Source: Candidatus Bathyarchaeia archaeon
Lineage (GTDB): Archaea; Thermoproteota; Bathyarchaeia; TCS64
Direction of reading: 5' to 3'
DNA: 64,000 bases
NCBI GenBank assembly: GCA_050014495.1
Contig: JBEKDF010000001.1
Coordinates: 160,001-224,000 of the forward strand
Shown here: piece after piece, positions 29,887 to 39,580 of the stretch
Layout: each line of letters opens with the position of its first letter
Position numbering within the stretch: the first letter of the stretch is position 1
Made by a program: the position numbers and the translations under genes
Notes under the pieces: generated by a model
Database searches by the model: none
Seen by the model: only the letters and a program-made list of their open reading frames with translations
Told to the model about the DNA's origin: nothing

Positions 29887-29911
29887 GGATGTAAACCGAA
29901 AGTTGTAAACT
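29887..29911. promoter_or_regulatory. Two 11-bp boxes GGATGTAAACC-n3-AGTTGTAAACT, candidate autoregulatory operator
   Basis: Same core and 14-bp period as the thermosome element; lies between a minus-strand TATTTAAG (29923-29930) and the GTG start. Confidence 0.55.
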
Positions 29912-30141
29912 AGTCAGGGGCACTTAAATATTGCGTCAGTGCTTCGAAAACATTTTTTTTTCACATCATATATGAGGCAAAATGTTTCGTATTTACTGTT
30001 GGCATAATACTGTATGCGCGCGCAAAAATGACAAGCACACGAATTGGCATCTTTCATTGAATGGAATCTTACAGAGGTTGAGCATATATTCACTTATATG
30101 TGGATATTTGAAGACGAAATAGAGAGTGAGCTCTAAACTCT

Positions 30142-31002
30142 TTAGCCGAATATCGACTTCCAACGGTAGGTCATGCACCCACAATCTTCAGAGTCTGGAT
30201 CAGTCTCCGCAACTGTATCAAGGAGAGCCTTACCGGTTGGCCTCGCCCACATTGCCTGGAAGTCGCTGAAGGCCATCTTCCCCTCCCAGGTTGTGTTGAC
30301 GCAGCCCTCACCATAGTTGGAGACAACCTCAACACAAGCGTAGCAGGCCCCGATCTCGCGAGCGAAATAGATTTCTGGCACTAAATTCATTGTAACTACG
30401 TCTATCCCCGCATTTGTATATCTAATTCTCACTTCATCGGGGGATTCAAGATGGGGTCCCTCAGCGACACCGACGACCCCCCTCTGAAAGACTCGTGGGA
30501 ACCCTGCTTTTTTCACATTCATGTAGAGGCTCCGACTCAGTTCAGGGCAGAAGGCCTGGTGGAGACGGTAGCTCGTCCTCTCTACTTCGACGCCTTTCGC
30601 CTCGAGGCTCCTAAAGAAAGCTTGGCACCGCTTCGTTGTATAATCCACAAAGCCATTTGGGATGACCGCATCGGCTGGATCGAGAAGCCTGCTTGATGAT
30701 CCGCATAGTGCGGTCCCGAGGATCTTCCTAGCACCCGCCATCCAGAGCACGTAGAAGACGCGTTCACCAGCGCTGTTTGGTTCGGTGTTTCTGATGGAAT
30801 TGGTTATGCCGTGGAATTGGACGCTTAGAAACTCGTGCTCGTTGATCTTTGCGTGTGTGAAGGGGGCTGATGGTCCGAAGGGCGTATCATAGACAACGTC
30901 TTTCGAGATGACCTGAACGCCCTTAAAGTCCTCAGGGAACTTGGAGTTCATGTTAGCTGAACCTCCGATGATGGCTATGCTGGCTTTAGGAATCTCGCTC
31001 AT
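30142..31002 (-). CDS. MTAP/PNP-family nucleoside phosphorylase (divergent)
   Basis: IAIIGGS, DTPFGPS, FVDYT, FCPEL, EGP..E...E, M...PE..FARE, VSNYGEG. Confidence 0.82.
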   Translation of the reverse strand: MSEIPKASIAIIGGSANMNSKFPEDFKGVQVISKDVVYDTPFGPSAPFTHAKINEHEFLSVQFHGITNSIRNTEPNSAGERVFYVLWMAGARKILGTALCGSSSRLLDPADAVIPNGFVDYTTKRCQAFFRSLEAKGVEVERTSYRLHQAFCPELSRSLYMNVKKAGFPRVFQRGVVGVAEGPHLESPDEVRIRYTNAGIDVVTMNLVPEIYFAREIGACYACVEVVSNYGEGCVNTTWEGKMAFSDFQAMWARPTGKALLDTVAETDPDSEDCGCMTYRWKSIFG

Positions 31003-31269
31003 GAATCCTAATTCAGTAAGAGTGTGATTAAAGAGTTGCCCGCGCGTAGGAAACACAATTTATTATTATTCCCATAGGAATATAATCCGGAATGGTTAAA
31101 AGGGAGACTCTTTAGCACCTAATCTTCCTAAAATCCTCAAACTTACCAATTTTTGGCTATCGTTAATACTAGTAAATGCTTCGAGGACATGTTATTATCA
31201 GTCCTTGATAGTAATTATAGGGACAAGTATTATATATTAGGTGCGATGTGATGCCATATTCTATGGGTC

Positions 31270-31306
31270 GCGGAACCCAATTCCGATTGTAATCGGAATA
31301 TTCCGC
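31270..31306 (+). promoter_or_regulatory. Stem-loop or palindrome in the tfb 5' leader
   Basis: GCGGAA..ATTCCGATT-GT-AATCGGAAT..TTCCGC, downstream of TATTATATAT (about 31228-31237). Confidence 0.5.
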
Positions 31307-31337
31307 AGAGAAATCGAGTAGGAAAAAGGGAAAAACA

Positions 31338-32261
31338 ATGATAGTCAAGACTGAGCAGTCACCAAACGACGTGTGCCCGGAATGCGGGTCAAAGAACGTC
31401 ATAATCGATAACGATACAGGTGAGAAGATCTGCGGAGGGTGCGGCCTCGTAATGGCGGACAACATGATGAGCGATGGCCCCGAATGGAGGGCTTTTAGCC
31501 AGGACGAGAGGGAGAGCCGTAGCCGAGTTGGTATGCCCCTAAGCTTCAGCGTACACGATAAGGGACTCAGCACGATGATCGGCCAAGTTGGCAAGGACGC
31601 CTTCGGCCGTACAATACCCAGTAAGACCATGTTCCAGATGCTCCGCCTCAAAAAATGGCACATCAGGAGCAGCTACCAGAGCAGTGTAGACAGAAACCTA
31701 AGCCACGCAATGACCGAGCTCAGTAGACTCTGCGACAAGCTCCACATCCCCAAGCAGGTCAAGGAACGCGCCGCTGTAATCTACAGGAAGGCATTAGAGA
31801 AGGGCCTCGTCAGGGGCCGCAGCATATCAGCTATAGCAGCCGCTAGCCTCTACGCTGCATGCCGCGCCACAGGCACCCCTAGAACACTCAGAGAGCTCGC
31901 ACGCGTCTCAACAATCGACAAGAAAGACCTCGCACGCTGCTACAGGCTTCTGCTCCGTGAATTGACCATCCAGATGCCTATACCGAAGGCCCAGTACAGG
32001 GTCCCAAAGATCGCTGCTAAGGTTAACATCGGAGAGAGGACACAGCAGACCGCCGTCGACCTCCTCGAAAAGGCGGAGAAGAAGCGCACCACCGCTGGCA
32101 AAGACCCCATGGGCCTCGCCGCCGCTGCTCTCTACATCGCGTGCGTTATGAATGAGGAGAAGCGGACTCAGAAGATGATCGCTGACGCCGCCGGCGTCAC
32201 CGAAGTCACAATCAGGAACCGCTATAAGGGACTTAAGGAAGCCCTTAAGCTCGACATCTAA
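31338..32261 (+). CDS. tfb: Transcription initiation factor IIB
   Basis: CPECG...CGGCG Zn ribbon, GPEWRAF B-reader, two cyclin repeats, GVTEVTIRNRYK. Confidence 0.98.
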   Translation: MIVKTEQSPNDVCPECGSKNVIIDNDTGEKICGGCGLVMADNMMSDGPEWRAFSQDERESRSRVGMPLSFSVHDKGLSTMIGQVGKDAFGRTIPSKTMFQMLRLKKWHIRSSYQSSVDRNLSHAMTELSRLCDKLHIPKQVKERAAVIYRKALEKGLVRGRSISAIAAASLYAACRATGTPRTLRELARVSTIDKKDLARCYRLLLRELTIQMPIPKAQYRVPKIAAKVNIGERTQQTAVDLLEKAEKKRTTAGKDPMGLAAAALYIACVMNEEKRTQKMIADAAGVTEVTIRNRYKGLKEALKLDI

Positions 32262-32287
32262 TCTGCATCCCTTTACTCACGAAGAGA

Positions 32288-32311
32288 CCAGCCCCAGTTA
32301 AACTGGGTTGG
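32288..32311 (+). terminator. Hairpin downstream of tfb
   Basis: CCAGCCCCAGTT-A-AACTGGGTTGG imperfect inverted repeat followed by T-rich tracts. Confidence 0.35.
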
Positions 32312-32640
32312 ACTCCAAATTCATCATTTTAACAGTTTTCAACTCCTAATTGAGGCGGACAGTAGTATACCCAGCACGCGAAAGATAGTCAGTCTCAACG
32401 CTCGACGCTAGTAGCTTAGTACAACAAGCTCCTAGGGGCTAAGATGACCTCTCCACGAAAGATCAGGCTCATTGTGGATGGGCCCATCGGGCCGAGCGAT
32501 GTCATCATGCCCCGAGCGCCTTTCGATCTACTCTCCGAGAACGCGTATGACTCTCAAGAGATACCGTGATTGGTTCACGCTGTATCCACCAATCCTTTTA
32601 TTTCATGCACCGTGGTATCCGGTTAGGTGTTATCGGAGCA

Positions 32641-33660
32641 ATGGGTGAACCGGTGACCTATCTTACTGAGGAATCATATCGTCCAGATTGGCTGAAGGAT
32701 GGCGTTACCGAGGCGAGCCTGAAGGCAGTCCTCGGTGCAAAAGTTGAGATTCAGAGGCTCGGAAGGGAGCTTGCGAAGGCTGAGAGATTTTACCTCGTCG
32801 GCAGTGGGGGGAGCTACAGTGTCCAGTTCCCAGTCAGATACCTCGCGGAGAAGTACACGGACATACCGCTACTCCAGTACAGTGGATGGGAATTCCTGGA
32901 ACGCATACCCTGGGCAGCGAATGAGGGCTCCGCCTGCGTCTTCATCTCACAGAGTGGGAAAACGAAGGAGGTTGTGAGGGCGCAGGAGTGGGCAAAGAAA
33001 AACGGTGCCTTTACGATGGGGTTGAGCCAAAAACAGGACTCGGTCATAAACAAAGCTGGGGATATAGGCTTCGGAACGGGTGCCCGCGGTGTAACTATGG
33101 GGAAGCTAACGACTCTTTACCTACTCTTCGGGACAGTGTTGAAAGAGAAGGGCTTCGAGGTTGGTGGCAGAATGATCAAAGCCGCGGAGTCGCTGCCAAC
33201 GGTGCTGCTGCCAATGATACCGAAGGCGATGGAGTTCGCTAAGAAGACAGCGCTCAAGTTCAAGGACGATGGGGAGATGTACGTCCTCGGGGGTGGCATA
33301 AACTGGGGCCTCGCCTACCAGTATGCCATTTGCACACTCCAGGAGATGTGCTGGATCCACGCGACACCCATCAACTACTCCGAGTTCCGCCATGGGCCGG
33401 TGGAGATGTTCACGCCTGGGGTGCCTGCCATCTTCCTGCGGAGCCGGGGGAATGAGGGAGAACTGGAGAAGGCGGTTGTAAACTGGTGCACAAAGAACGG
33501 TGTAAAGGGCATAGTTCTCGACAGCCAGGGAGGCGAAGTTGACAACCTACTCACTCCTTTTACTTTGTTCGTGGAGCTCGAGTGGCTGAGCTACTATCTG
33601 AGCCTCGCGAAGAACAGAGATATGGCACAATGGCGCTACTACGACAAGGTCGAATGGTAG
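32641..33660 (+). CDS. frlB: Double-SIS-domain fructosamine-6-phosphate deglycase (FrlB-like)
   Basis: VGSGGS, SQSGKTKE, CTLQEMCWIH, EFRHGPVE and C-terminal RYYDKVEW. Confidence 0.8.
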   Translation: MGEPVTYLTEESYRPDWLKDGVTEASLKAVLGAKVEIQRLGRELAKAERFYLVGSGGSYSVQFPVRYLAEKYTDIPLLQYSGWEFLERIPWAANEGSACVFISQSGKTKEVVRAQEWAKKNGAFTMGLSQKQDSVINKAGDIGFGTGARGVTMGKLTTLYLLFGTVLKEKGFEVGGRMIKAAESLPTVLLPMIPKAMEFAKKTALKFKDDGEMYVLGGGINWGLAYQYAICTLQEMCWIHATPINYSEFRHGPVEMFTPGVPAIFLRSRGNEGELEKAVVNWCTKNGVKGIVLDSQGGEVDNLLTPFTLFVELEWLSYYLSLAKNRDMAQWRYYDKVEW

Positions 33661-33958
33661 TCGAAAAAATAGATATAATTCGTATCGCTCGCGAACATAC
33701 GTTTTCCCTAAGAGTCTTAACAAATACGTCGCCTACGCATAGTCTCATACCCCACACACCAGCTGGTAAAGCTGACTTCCCCACCCCTTGCGACGTCTTT
33801 AAGAACATCGACGCTACCCAGAGGACGCGTGGTTTTCCACTTCTGCACGCGCCTAAATTCAGAAGTGAGGACGCTAAGGTTACGTGATTGGGTTAAAAAT
33901 ATGATATCTAAGTAGCGATAGTATTCGCATGATGAGCCACCCTTGGGATCTTCATGTT

Positions 33959-35185
33959 TTAGACTCTTCTGCTACTCTCCCTCACGGCAAGCATAAGCAA
34001 GAAGGAGACTATCGCGGAGAAAGTTAGGAACCACCAGGCATCGGTGTAGGCGCCCGTCGAGTCGACTATGAAGCCAAAGATAGGCGGACCAAAGATGTTG
34101 CCCAATAGGTTGATGGTCACAGAGTATCCCACCGCTAAGCCGGTTACATCTGCGCTGGCGAACTCCGAGACTAGGACGAAGTTGAGGCCAGCCCAACCAA
34201 TCGCCCCAAACCCGAAGACCGTGAAGACGATGGCTAAAACCGAGTAGGGGGTGCTGGGCGTGATAACCTGCATAAGAGTCGAAGTAAGCGCTACGGTGGC
34301 TGCGACGAGTAAGAGTGGTTTCCTCCTGCTTCCCCCGAAAACTCGATCGCTTATAGCCCCGAAGAATGGTTTGCCAATGGCACCCCCACCATTTGCTAAT
34401 GCAAGGAAGCCAGCGGCCACGGCTACAGTCATACCAGCCGACGCTTTGAGGAAGACGACTAAGTAGGCTATAAGCGAGAATTCAACTGTACAAAGACCGA
34501 GGGCGGAGAGGCTGACGAAGAGAATGTTCCGATCCAGCATCACAGATTTGAGCTTATCCCATGAAGCGCTGCTTCCTCTCTCCGACTCTATCGGAGTCGA
34601 AGCTGAGGCCTTCTCCCTGTATAATAGGTAGGAGACAAACGCGAATCCGATGCTAATTACCCCGGTTGCGATGAATGCGGCTCTCCACCCTAGTGAGAGT
34701 GCTAATGCGGGAAGAGTTGAGGCTGTGAGAATGCCCGCGAGGTTCATGGCAGTTTGGTTGATCCCGATAGCTGTGCCCCGTTCTTTTACTTGGAACCATT
34801 GAACAATTGCCTTCATCGCGGTTGTGGGAAAGCAACCGCATCCGAGGCCTATCAGGAAGAGGATGACTAGAACAGATGCTAGACTTTGGGCGACTAACAT
34901 AAAGAGTGCGAACACTCCCGCTGAGAATGTTCCGATGAAGAGCATTTTCCTAACTCCTATCCTATCAGCTAGCCAACCCGCGGGTGTCTGAGCGACCGTG
35001 TAGCCGATGGCTGATGCTGAGGTGAGGAGTCCAACCTCAGTGAGTGAAAGCTTGAGGTCTCCCGCTATGAATGGGGTGAGTGGTGACGCAGTCATCCTCA
35101 CCATATAGACAGCTGTGTAGCTGAGCCAGGCTATCATCAATACTACCCATCGGTAGCTGCCGCTGCTAGAATCGTCTCCAGTCAT
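33959..35185 (-). CDS. MFS transporter
   Basis: GWLADRIG, WF..KERGTA.G, GAISDR; about 12 TM segments. Confidence 0.9.
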   Translation of the reverse strand: MTGDDSSSGSYRWVVLMIAWLSYTAVYMVRMTASPLTPFIAGDLKLSLTEVGLLTSASAIGYTVAQTPAGWLADRIGVRKMLFIGTFSAGVFALFMLVAQSLASVLVILFLIGLGCGCFPTTAMKAIVQWFQVKERGTAIGINQTAMNLAGILTASTLPALALSLGWRAAFIATGVISIGFAFVSYLLYREKASASTPIESERGSSASWDKLKSVMLDRNILFVSLSALGLCTVEFSLIAYLVVFLKASAGMTVAVAAGFLALANGGGAIGKPFFGAISDRVFGGSRRKPLLLVAATVALTSTLMQVITPSTPYSVLAIVFTVFGFGAIGWAGLNFVLVSEFASADVTGLAVGYSVTINLLGNIFGPPIFGFIVDSTGAYTDAWWFLTFSAIVSFLLMLAVRESSRRV

Positions 35186-35299
35186 TCCTCAGAAGTCTGC
35201 TGTTGTTGAATAAAAATGTCACATATACGCTTCAATGCACACTTTTCCATCTAAAACGCGCGCTGCCTTTTTATCACATTTACTGAAAAGGATAGTGGT

Positions 35300-36580
35300 T
35301 TATGGTACCCAACCAAAACCGGATGTAATGACCCAATTACCCGACTGCATAGTATAATGGTAAATCATCCCACTATCGCCGATGATATTTGCATCATTGG
35401 TTCCGACTCTGTAATTCCAAATGAGAGTCAACGTCACATCGGCTTTGTTCGAGTCAGTCTCAACTATCTTATCGAAGAACATGTAATTAACGTGCTTAAC
35501 CCTACTCAGCGCATCTATCTCCCCCTGAGTCAAAACCCGTATGTTCACCCCTTGGACACTACTTGGGACCTCAACCCCTCCGAGATTCGGCGTCGATAAT
35601 AGAATGAGGCTACCCTCCGGGAGGTTGACGCCTTTGCTGACGCCTATAAACAGCTCGTTAACGTGGTCGCTTAGGGCTAACTCAACTAAAGCCTGCCTGT
35701 CAGCTAACTCCAACGGTCTCCTCACTGTGAACTCCACGTAGAACATCTGCTTCTGGCCATCATACTCGATTTCCTTCGAGACCCTGTAAACCCCTGAGTC
35801 TAGACTCGTAATGTTCACACTCTGACTCCACTCAGACCCCACAAAAGTACTAATCGCCACCATCGCCCATATGGGGTGATCTTCGACAGGAGTCCACGAG
35901 CCATTCACCATCTTCTCGATATAATAGATTGGACCGTACTCGATGTTCCACGGACCCGGGTTGAATATCTTGAGTGTTATCGAGTCTTCATCCGTCACGT
36001 TGTATAGTTGAACCCTGAGCATTGGCTTGGGCTCGTACAAGTTGTTAGTAGAATCAATCATGGTGTAATCAGACTTGATCCCGACGATAGGGGCTCCGTT
36101 ATTATATCCGAGTCCGACACCGTGTACCAGCCATTTTGGTACGCTGAGGGTCACGTTGAGCACGGTTGGTTCGTTGACTCTAAGAGTAATGTTGCCGTTT
36201 GGTTCACAGTAGGCGTTGAAGTTACTCCACTCATCGGGGGTGCCCGCTACCTTGGAGCTGATGGTGACGTTTGTCTCAGTAGCATTCATCCAGTCGTAGC
36301 TTACGAACCAGAGCTCCACCTGCACTTTGAGGGTGCCATTGGCGGGGATCGCTAGTATTGGGCCCGTGGGTTTTGTGATGAGTCGGGCTAGTATGTAGCC
36401 CTTAATCCCATCGCTGAGCGCTGTGGTCCTGTTTGTGATCTCGCTCCCATCTGATGTGCCTACACCGATCATCTTTCCCTCGGTTACGGGCTCAGGTTTG
36501 GGGTGGTATGATGGAATACTTATGACGATTGTCGCCGATAGAAGTACTACAATTATAATTAGGATGTGTCCAATTTTCAT
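35300..36580 (-). CDS. Exported or membrane-anchored protein with probable Ig-like domain
   Basis: N-terminal hydrophobic segment, many N-x-S/T sequons, beta-rich segment YG..Y.IEK..NGSW...L..GVYRVSKEI. Confidence 0.65.
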   Translation of the reverse strand: MKIGHILIIIVVLLSATIVISIPSYHPKPEPVTEGKMIGVGTSDGSEITNRTTALSDGIKGYILARLITKPTGPILAIPANGTLKVQVELWFVSYDWMNATETNVTISSKVAGTPDEWSNFNAYCEPNGNITLRVNEPTVLNVTLSVPKWLVHGVGLGYNNGAPIVGIKSDYTMIDSTNNLYEPKPMLRVQLYNVTDEDSITLKIFNPGPWNIEYGPIYYIEKMVNGSWTPVEDHPIWAMVAISTFVGSEWSQSVNITSLDSGVYRVSKEIEYDGQKQMFYVEFTVRRPLELADRQALVELALSDHVNELFIGVSKGVNLPEGSLILLSTPNLGGVEVPSSVQGVNIRVLTQGEIDALSRVKHVNYMFFDKIVETDSNKADVTLTLIWNYRVGTNDANIIGDSGMIYHYTMQSGNWVITSGFGWVP

Positions 36581-36885
36581 TAGCCCTTTCCCACCATTAT
36601 TATTGTTAATCTATTACTGAATATGCATATGTGCATATGCTTGATGAGACTTCACTTTGTTTTCACTTAACTTTATGTATACAAATTATATTTATCGTAT
36701 ACAGAATAGTTATAAAGTATATAGTTTTAGGATTTTTGTTCAAAGCGAAACCGAATAAGGTGTTCAAACCAGCAATGATACATATTTTAAACGATTATTC
36801 AGGATCAATAAGGTCTAATGGTAGTCGCGTGCGGGATCTCTTGAGGATCCAAAACTCACTCAGTTATCAATTTGGGGGTGATGAG

Positions 36886-37887
36886 ATGGCTGTTAGATGG
36901 ACGGAAAAGAAGGCCTGGAAGTGGTACACAGCACAGCCCTGGATTGTGGGATGCAACTTTATACCGAGCACAGCCGGGAATCAGCTAGAGATGTGGCAGA
37001 GGGAGTCCTATGACGCCGAGACTATCAGTCGAGAACTCGGCTGGGCGAGGGACCTACACTTCAATACAGTGCGTGTCTACCTCCACGACCTCGTTTGGCA
37101 TGCGGACCCAGAAGGATTCAAGGAGAGGATTAATCTCTTCCTCGACTCGGCCGCTCACAACAGGATCCGCCCTATATTCGTGTTCTTCGATGACTGCTGG
37201 AACCAAGAGCCCAGCCTCGGAAAGCAACCCGATCCCAGGGCCGGCGTCCACAACTCGATCTGGTTGCAAAGCCCCGGGTCCAAGGTCGTAAGGAACCCCT
37301 CAGGCTGGGGGCGAATCTCCGAATACGTGGGGGACATTGTTGGTCACTTCAGATCCGATGAACGTATCCTGCTCTGGGATCTCTACAACGAACCTGGCAA
37401 CAATAAACTAGGGGAGGCCTCCTTGGGCCTACTTAAGGAGGTTTTCACGTGGGCTCGGGATGCGAGGCCGACCCAACCACTATCCGTCGGTGTCTGGTTT
37501 AACAATCAGGTCTTGAACGAGTTCCAACTGGGGGCATCAGACATCGTCACTTTCCACAACTATAACGATGCTGAGCATCTCGTGGAGCAAATTCGTGCAC
37601 TCGGGGGGTACAGAAGACCCCTCATTTGCACAGAATATATGGCCAGGTCTCGAGACAGCCAATTCAAGACCCACCTCCCCATCTTCAAGAGGATGAGAGT
37701 AGGCTGCCTTAGTTGGGGTCTCGTTAGCGGACGCACACAGACGATATACCCGTGGGGGTCCAAGGAAGGCTCTCACAAGCCCAGTAAGTGGTTCCATGAC
37801 ATACTCAAGAGGGATGGTACCCCCTTCGACGTGGAGGAAGTATCTTTCATTAAGAGGATCGTTACTGAGGATCAAAATATTGCGTGA
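36886..37887 (+). CDS. Clan-A glycoside hydrolase (GH5-like, putative xylanase/mannanase)
   Basis: GCNFIPSTA.NQLEMWQ, NTVRVYLH, WDLYNEP (acid/base), TFHNY, ICTEYMAR (nucleophile); GGGGTGA before ATG 36886. Confidence 0.85.
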   Translation: MAVRWTEKKAWKWYTAQPWIVGCNFIPSTAGNQLEMWQRESYDAETISRELGWARDLHFNTVRVYLHDLVWHADPEGFKERINLFLDSAAHNRIRPIFVFFDDCWNQEPSLGKQPDPRAGVHNSIWLQSPGSKVVRNPSGWGRISEYVGDIVGHFRSDERILLWDLYNEPGNNKLGEASLGLLKEVFTWARDARPTQPLSVGVWFNNQVLNEFQLGASDIVTFHNYNDAEHLVEQIRALGGYRRPLICTEYMARSRDSQFKTHLPIFKRMRVGCLSWGLVSGRTQTIYPWGSKEGSHKPSKWFHDILKRDGTPFDVEEVSFIKRIVTEDQNIA

Positions 37888-37911
37888 GACCAAGATACTA
37901 TTTATCGTAGA

Positions 37912-38685
37912 CTAGGCGTGGCTCACGAAGTCCATCCTGCCGCCGTCGGCGACTATCACCTGGCCAGAAATGAAGCTCGACTCCTCGGAGGCGAGAAATA
38001 GGGTGACGTTCGCGATGTCCTGAGTGTCGCCTATGCGCCTCATAGCAGCGAGGCCCGCTTTTCTCACATTGATATCCTCAGCATTTGAGCCGCTTTTGGC
38101 ATTAGTCATGTCGGTCTTTATCCATCCAGGGGCGATGCAATTGACGTTTATCCCGTAGGGGCCGAGTTCCTGTGAAGCGACGGATGTTAGGGCTATGACG
38201 CCGGCTTTTGAACAGCCGTAGGCACCTTCACCGGTCGGGGCGCAGCCGAGGCCGGAGATGGAGGAGATGTTGATAATCTTGCCATTTCTTTTTGGTATCA
38301 TGAGTTTCGCCGCCTCCTGAATGCAGTTGAATGGTCCCTTCAAGTTGATGGCCATGACCTGGTCCCACCCATCCTCGGTGGTCTCCATGAGGCTTGTCGG
38401 GATAAGAATTCCAGCATTGTTCACGAGTATGTCGATGCCTCCGAAGGATCGGGTGATCTCAACGATCATTTTCTTTACTTGGTCCTGATTTGAGACATCA
38501 GCCTTGATAGTTATCGCCCTGCTGCCCATCGACTTGATTTCCGAAGCGACTTTCTCCGCTTCCTTTGCCCCTTTGACGTAGTTCACGGCGACGCTCGCGC
38601 CCTCGCGCGCTAGAGTTAGGGCGATTGCCCTCCCTATGCCCCTCGATGCACCGGTTACGAGTGCTACTTTGCCTTCAAGTTTCAT
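37912..38685 (-). CDS. Short-chain dehydrogenase/reductase (FabG-like)
   Basis: TGASRGIG, NNAG, YGCSK, VNCIAPG. Confidence 0.92.
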   Translation of the reverse strand: MKLEGKVALVTGASRGIGRAIALTLAREGASVAVNYVKGAKEAEKVASEIKSMGSRAITIKADVSNQDQVKKMIVEITRSFGGIDILVNNAGILIPTSLMETTEDGWDQVMAINLKGPFNCIQEAAKLMIPKRNGKIINISSISGLGCAPTGEGAYGCSKAGVIALTSVASQELGPYGINVNCIAPGWIKTDMTNAKSGSNAEDINVRKAGLAAMRRIGDTQDIANVTLFLASEESSFISGQVIVADGGRMDFVSHA

Positions 38686-38718
38686 GGGAATCCAAAAAAT
38701 GTTAGCCGTTTCAACATT

Positions 38719-39534
38719 TTAGACTTGGGGTTGGTTTCCACCCCAACCACCTAGGCGTTTGCACGTCTCTGTGGCGACACGATGCCCCTCCTTAATTGCC
38801 TCTGGGATCGAGGTATTCTTCAGCGTTGATGTGAGAAATGCCGCGATGTAGCTGTCCCCGGCGCCGAGGGTGTCGACAACCTCAACTGGGTTAGCTTTCC
38901 CTTTGTGCACCTTCTCGCCGTCGTAAACTAGTGAGCCATGCTCCCCTAGGGTCATAATAACTAGGCCAGGTGTTCTCGCCTTCAACTCCTTCAACTTCTC
39001 CTCCGGATCAAGCCCCCTCGTGATGAGTTCTTTACCACTGAAGAAGCTGAAGTCGAGCCACGGCATCACCTCCAGTGCCTTATGCTCAAGCTGATTACTG
39101 AAGTCACAGCTCAGGAAGGGGTGCCCGCCACGCTTTATGCTTGGGATATGTTCCCTGCCGAATCCCCAGACGCTGTAGTGGACGAGGTCGTAGCCTCGCA
39201 CACGTGGGAGAAGCTCGGTGGGAAAAACAGCGTCCTTTTGGACTCCTTCAATATAGTTAGCGAAGACCCGGTCTCCGCCCCGGATGAGGATGGTCGTCAC
39301 GGCGGACTCTCCGGGCAGCCTGATCACACCCTCTGTGGATAGGCCCTCGCGCCTCATCTGGTCGAGCATGAAGTCGCCCGCCTCGTCGGTTCCCATGACA
39401 CCGATGTAGTCGGCTTCGATGCCTGGGACCCTGTGGGCGTAGACCGCTACGTTAAGTGCGTTCCCACCGGGGAATCTGCGCTTCAGCTCCGAGTAGTTGT
39501 CTATGCAATTGTCCCCTATGGCAAGCAATTTCAT
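38719..39534 (-). CDS. frlD: PfkB-family kinase, fructoselysine 6-kinase-like
   Basis: AIGDNCID.Y, PGGNALNVAVY, GDRVF..Y.EGV, DFS, DTLGAGDS. Confidence 0.82.
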   Translation of the reverse strand: MKLLAIGDNCIDNYSELKRRFPGGNALNVAVYAHRVPGIEADYIGVMGTDEAGDFMLDQMRREGLSTEGVIRLPGESAVTTILIRGGDRVFANYIEGVQKDAVFPTELLPRVRGYDLVHYSVWGFGREHIPSIKRGGHPFLSCDFSNQLEHKALEVMPWLDFSFFSGKELITRGLDPEEKLKELKARTPGLVIMTLGEHGSLVYDGEKVHKGKANPVEVVDTLGAGDSYIAAFLTSTLKNTSIPEAIKEGHRVATETCKRLGGWGGNQPQV

Positions 39535-39580
39535 TTCGAGTCCCTTAAACCTCTGCCCATTCCCATTTATCTGGATCGCT

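Noticed and set aside
32400..33950. Short ORFs in the spacers flanking the frlB-like gene
   Set aside because: No recognisable motifs; they may be decayed genes but I cannot support that.
36631..36885. 85-aa N-terminal extension of the GH5-like ORF as a signal peptide
   Set aside because: An open frame across an AT-rich spacer; a good RBS precedes ATG 36886. Similar over-extensions were trimmed at 6846, 31056, 53549, 58753 and 62316.
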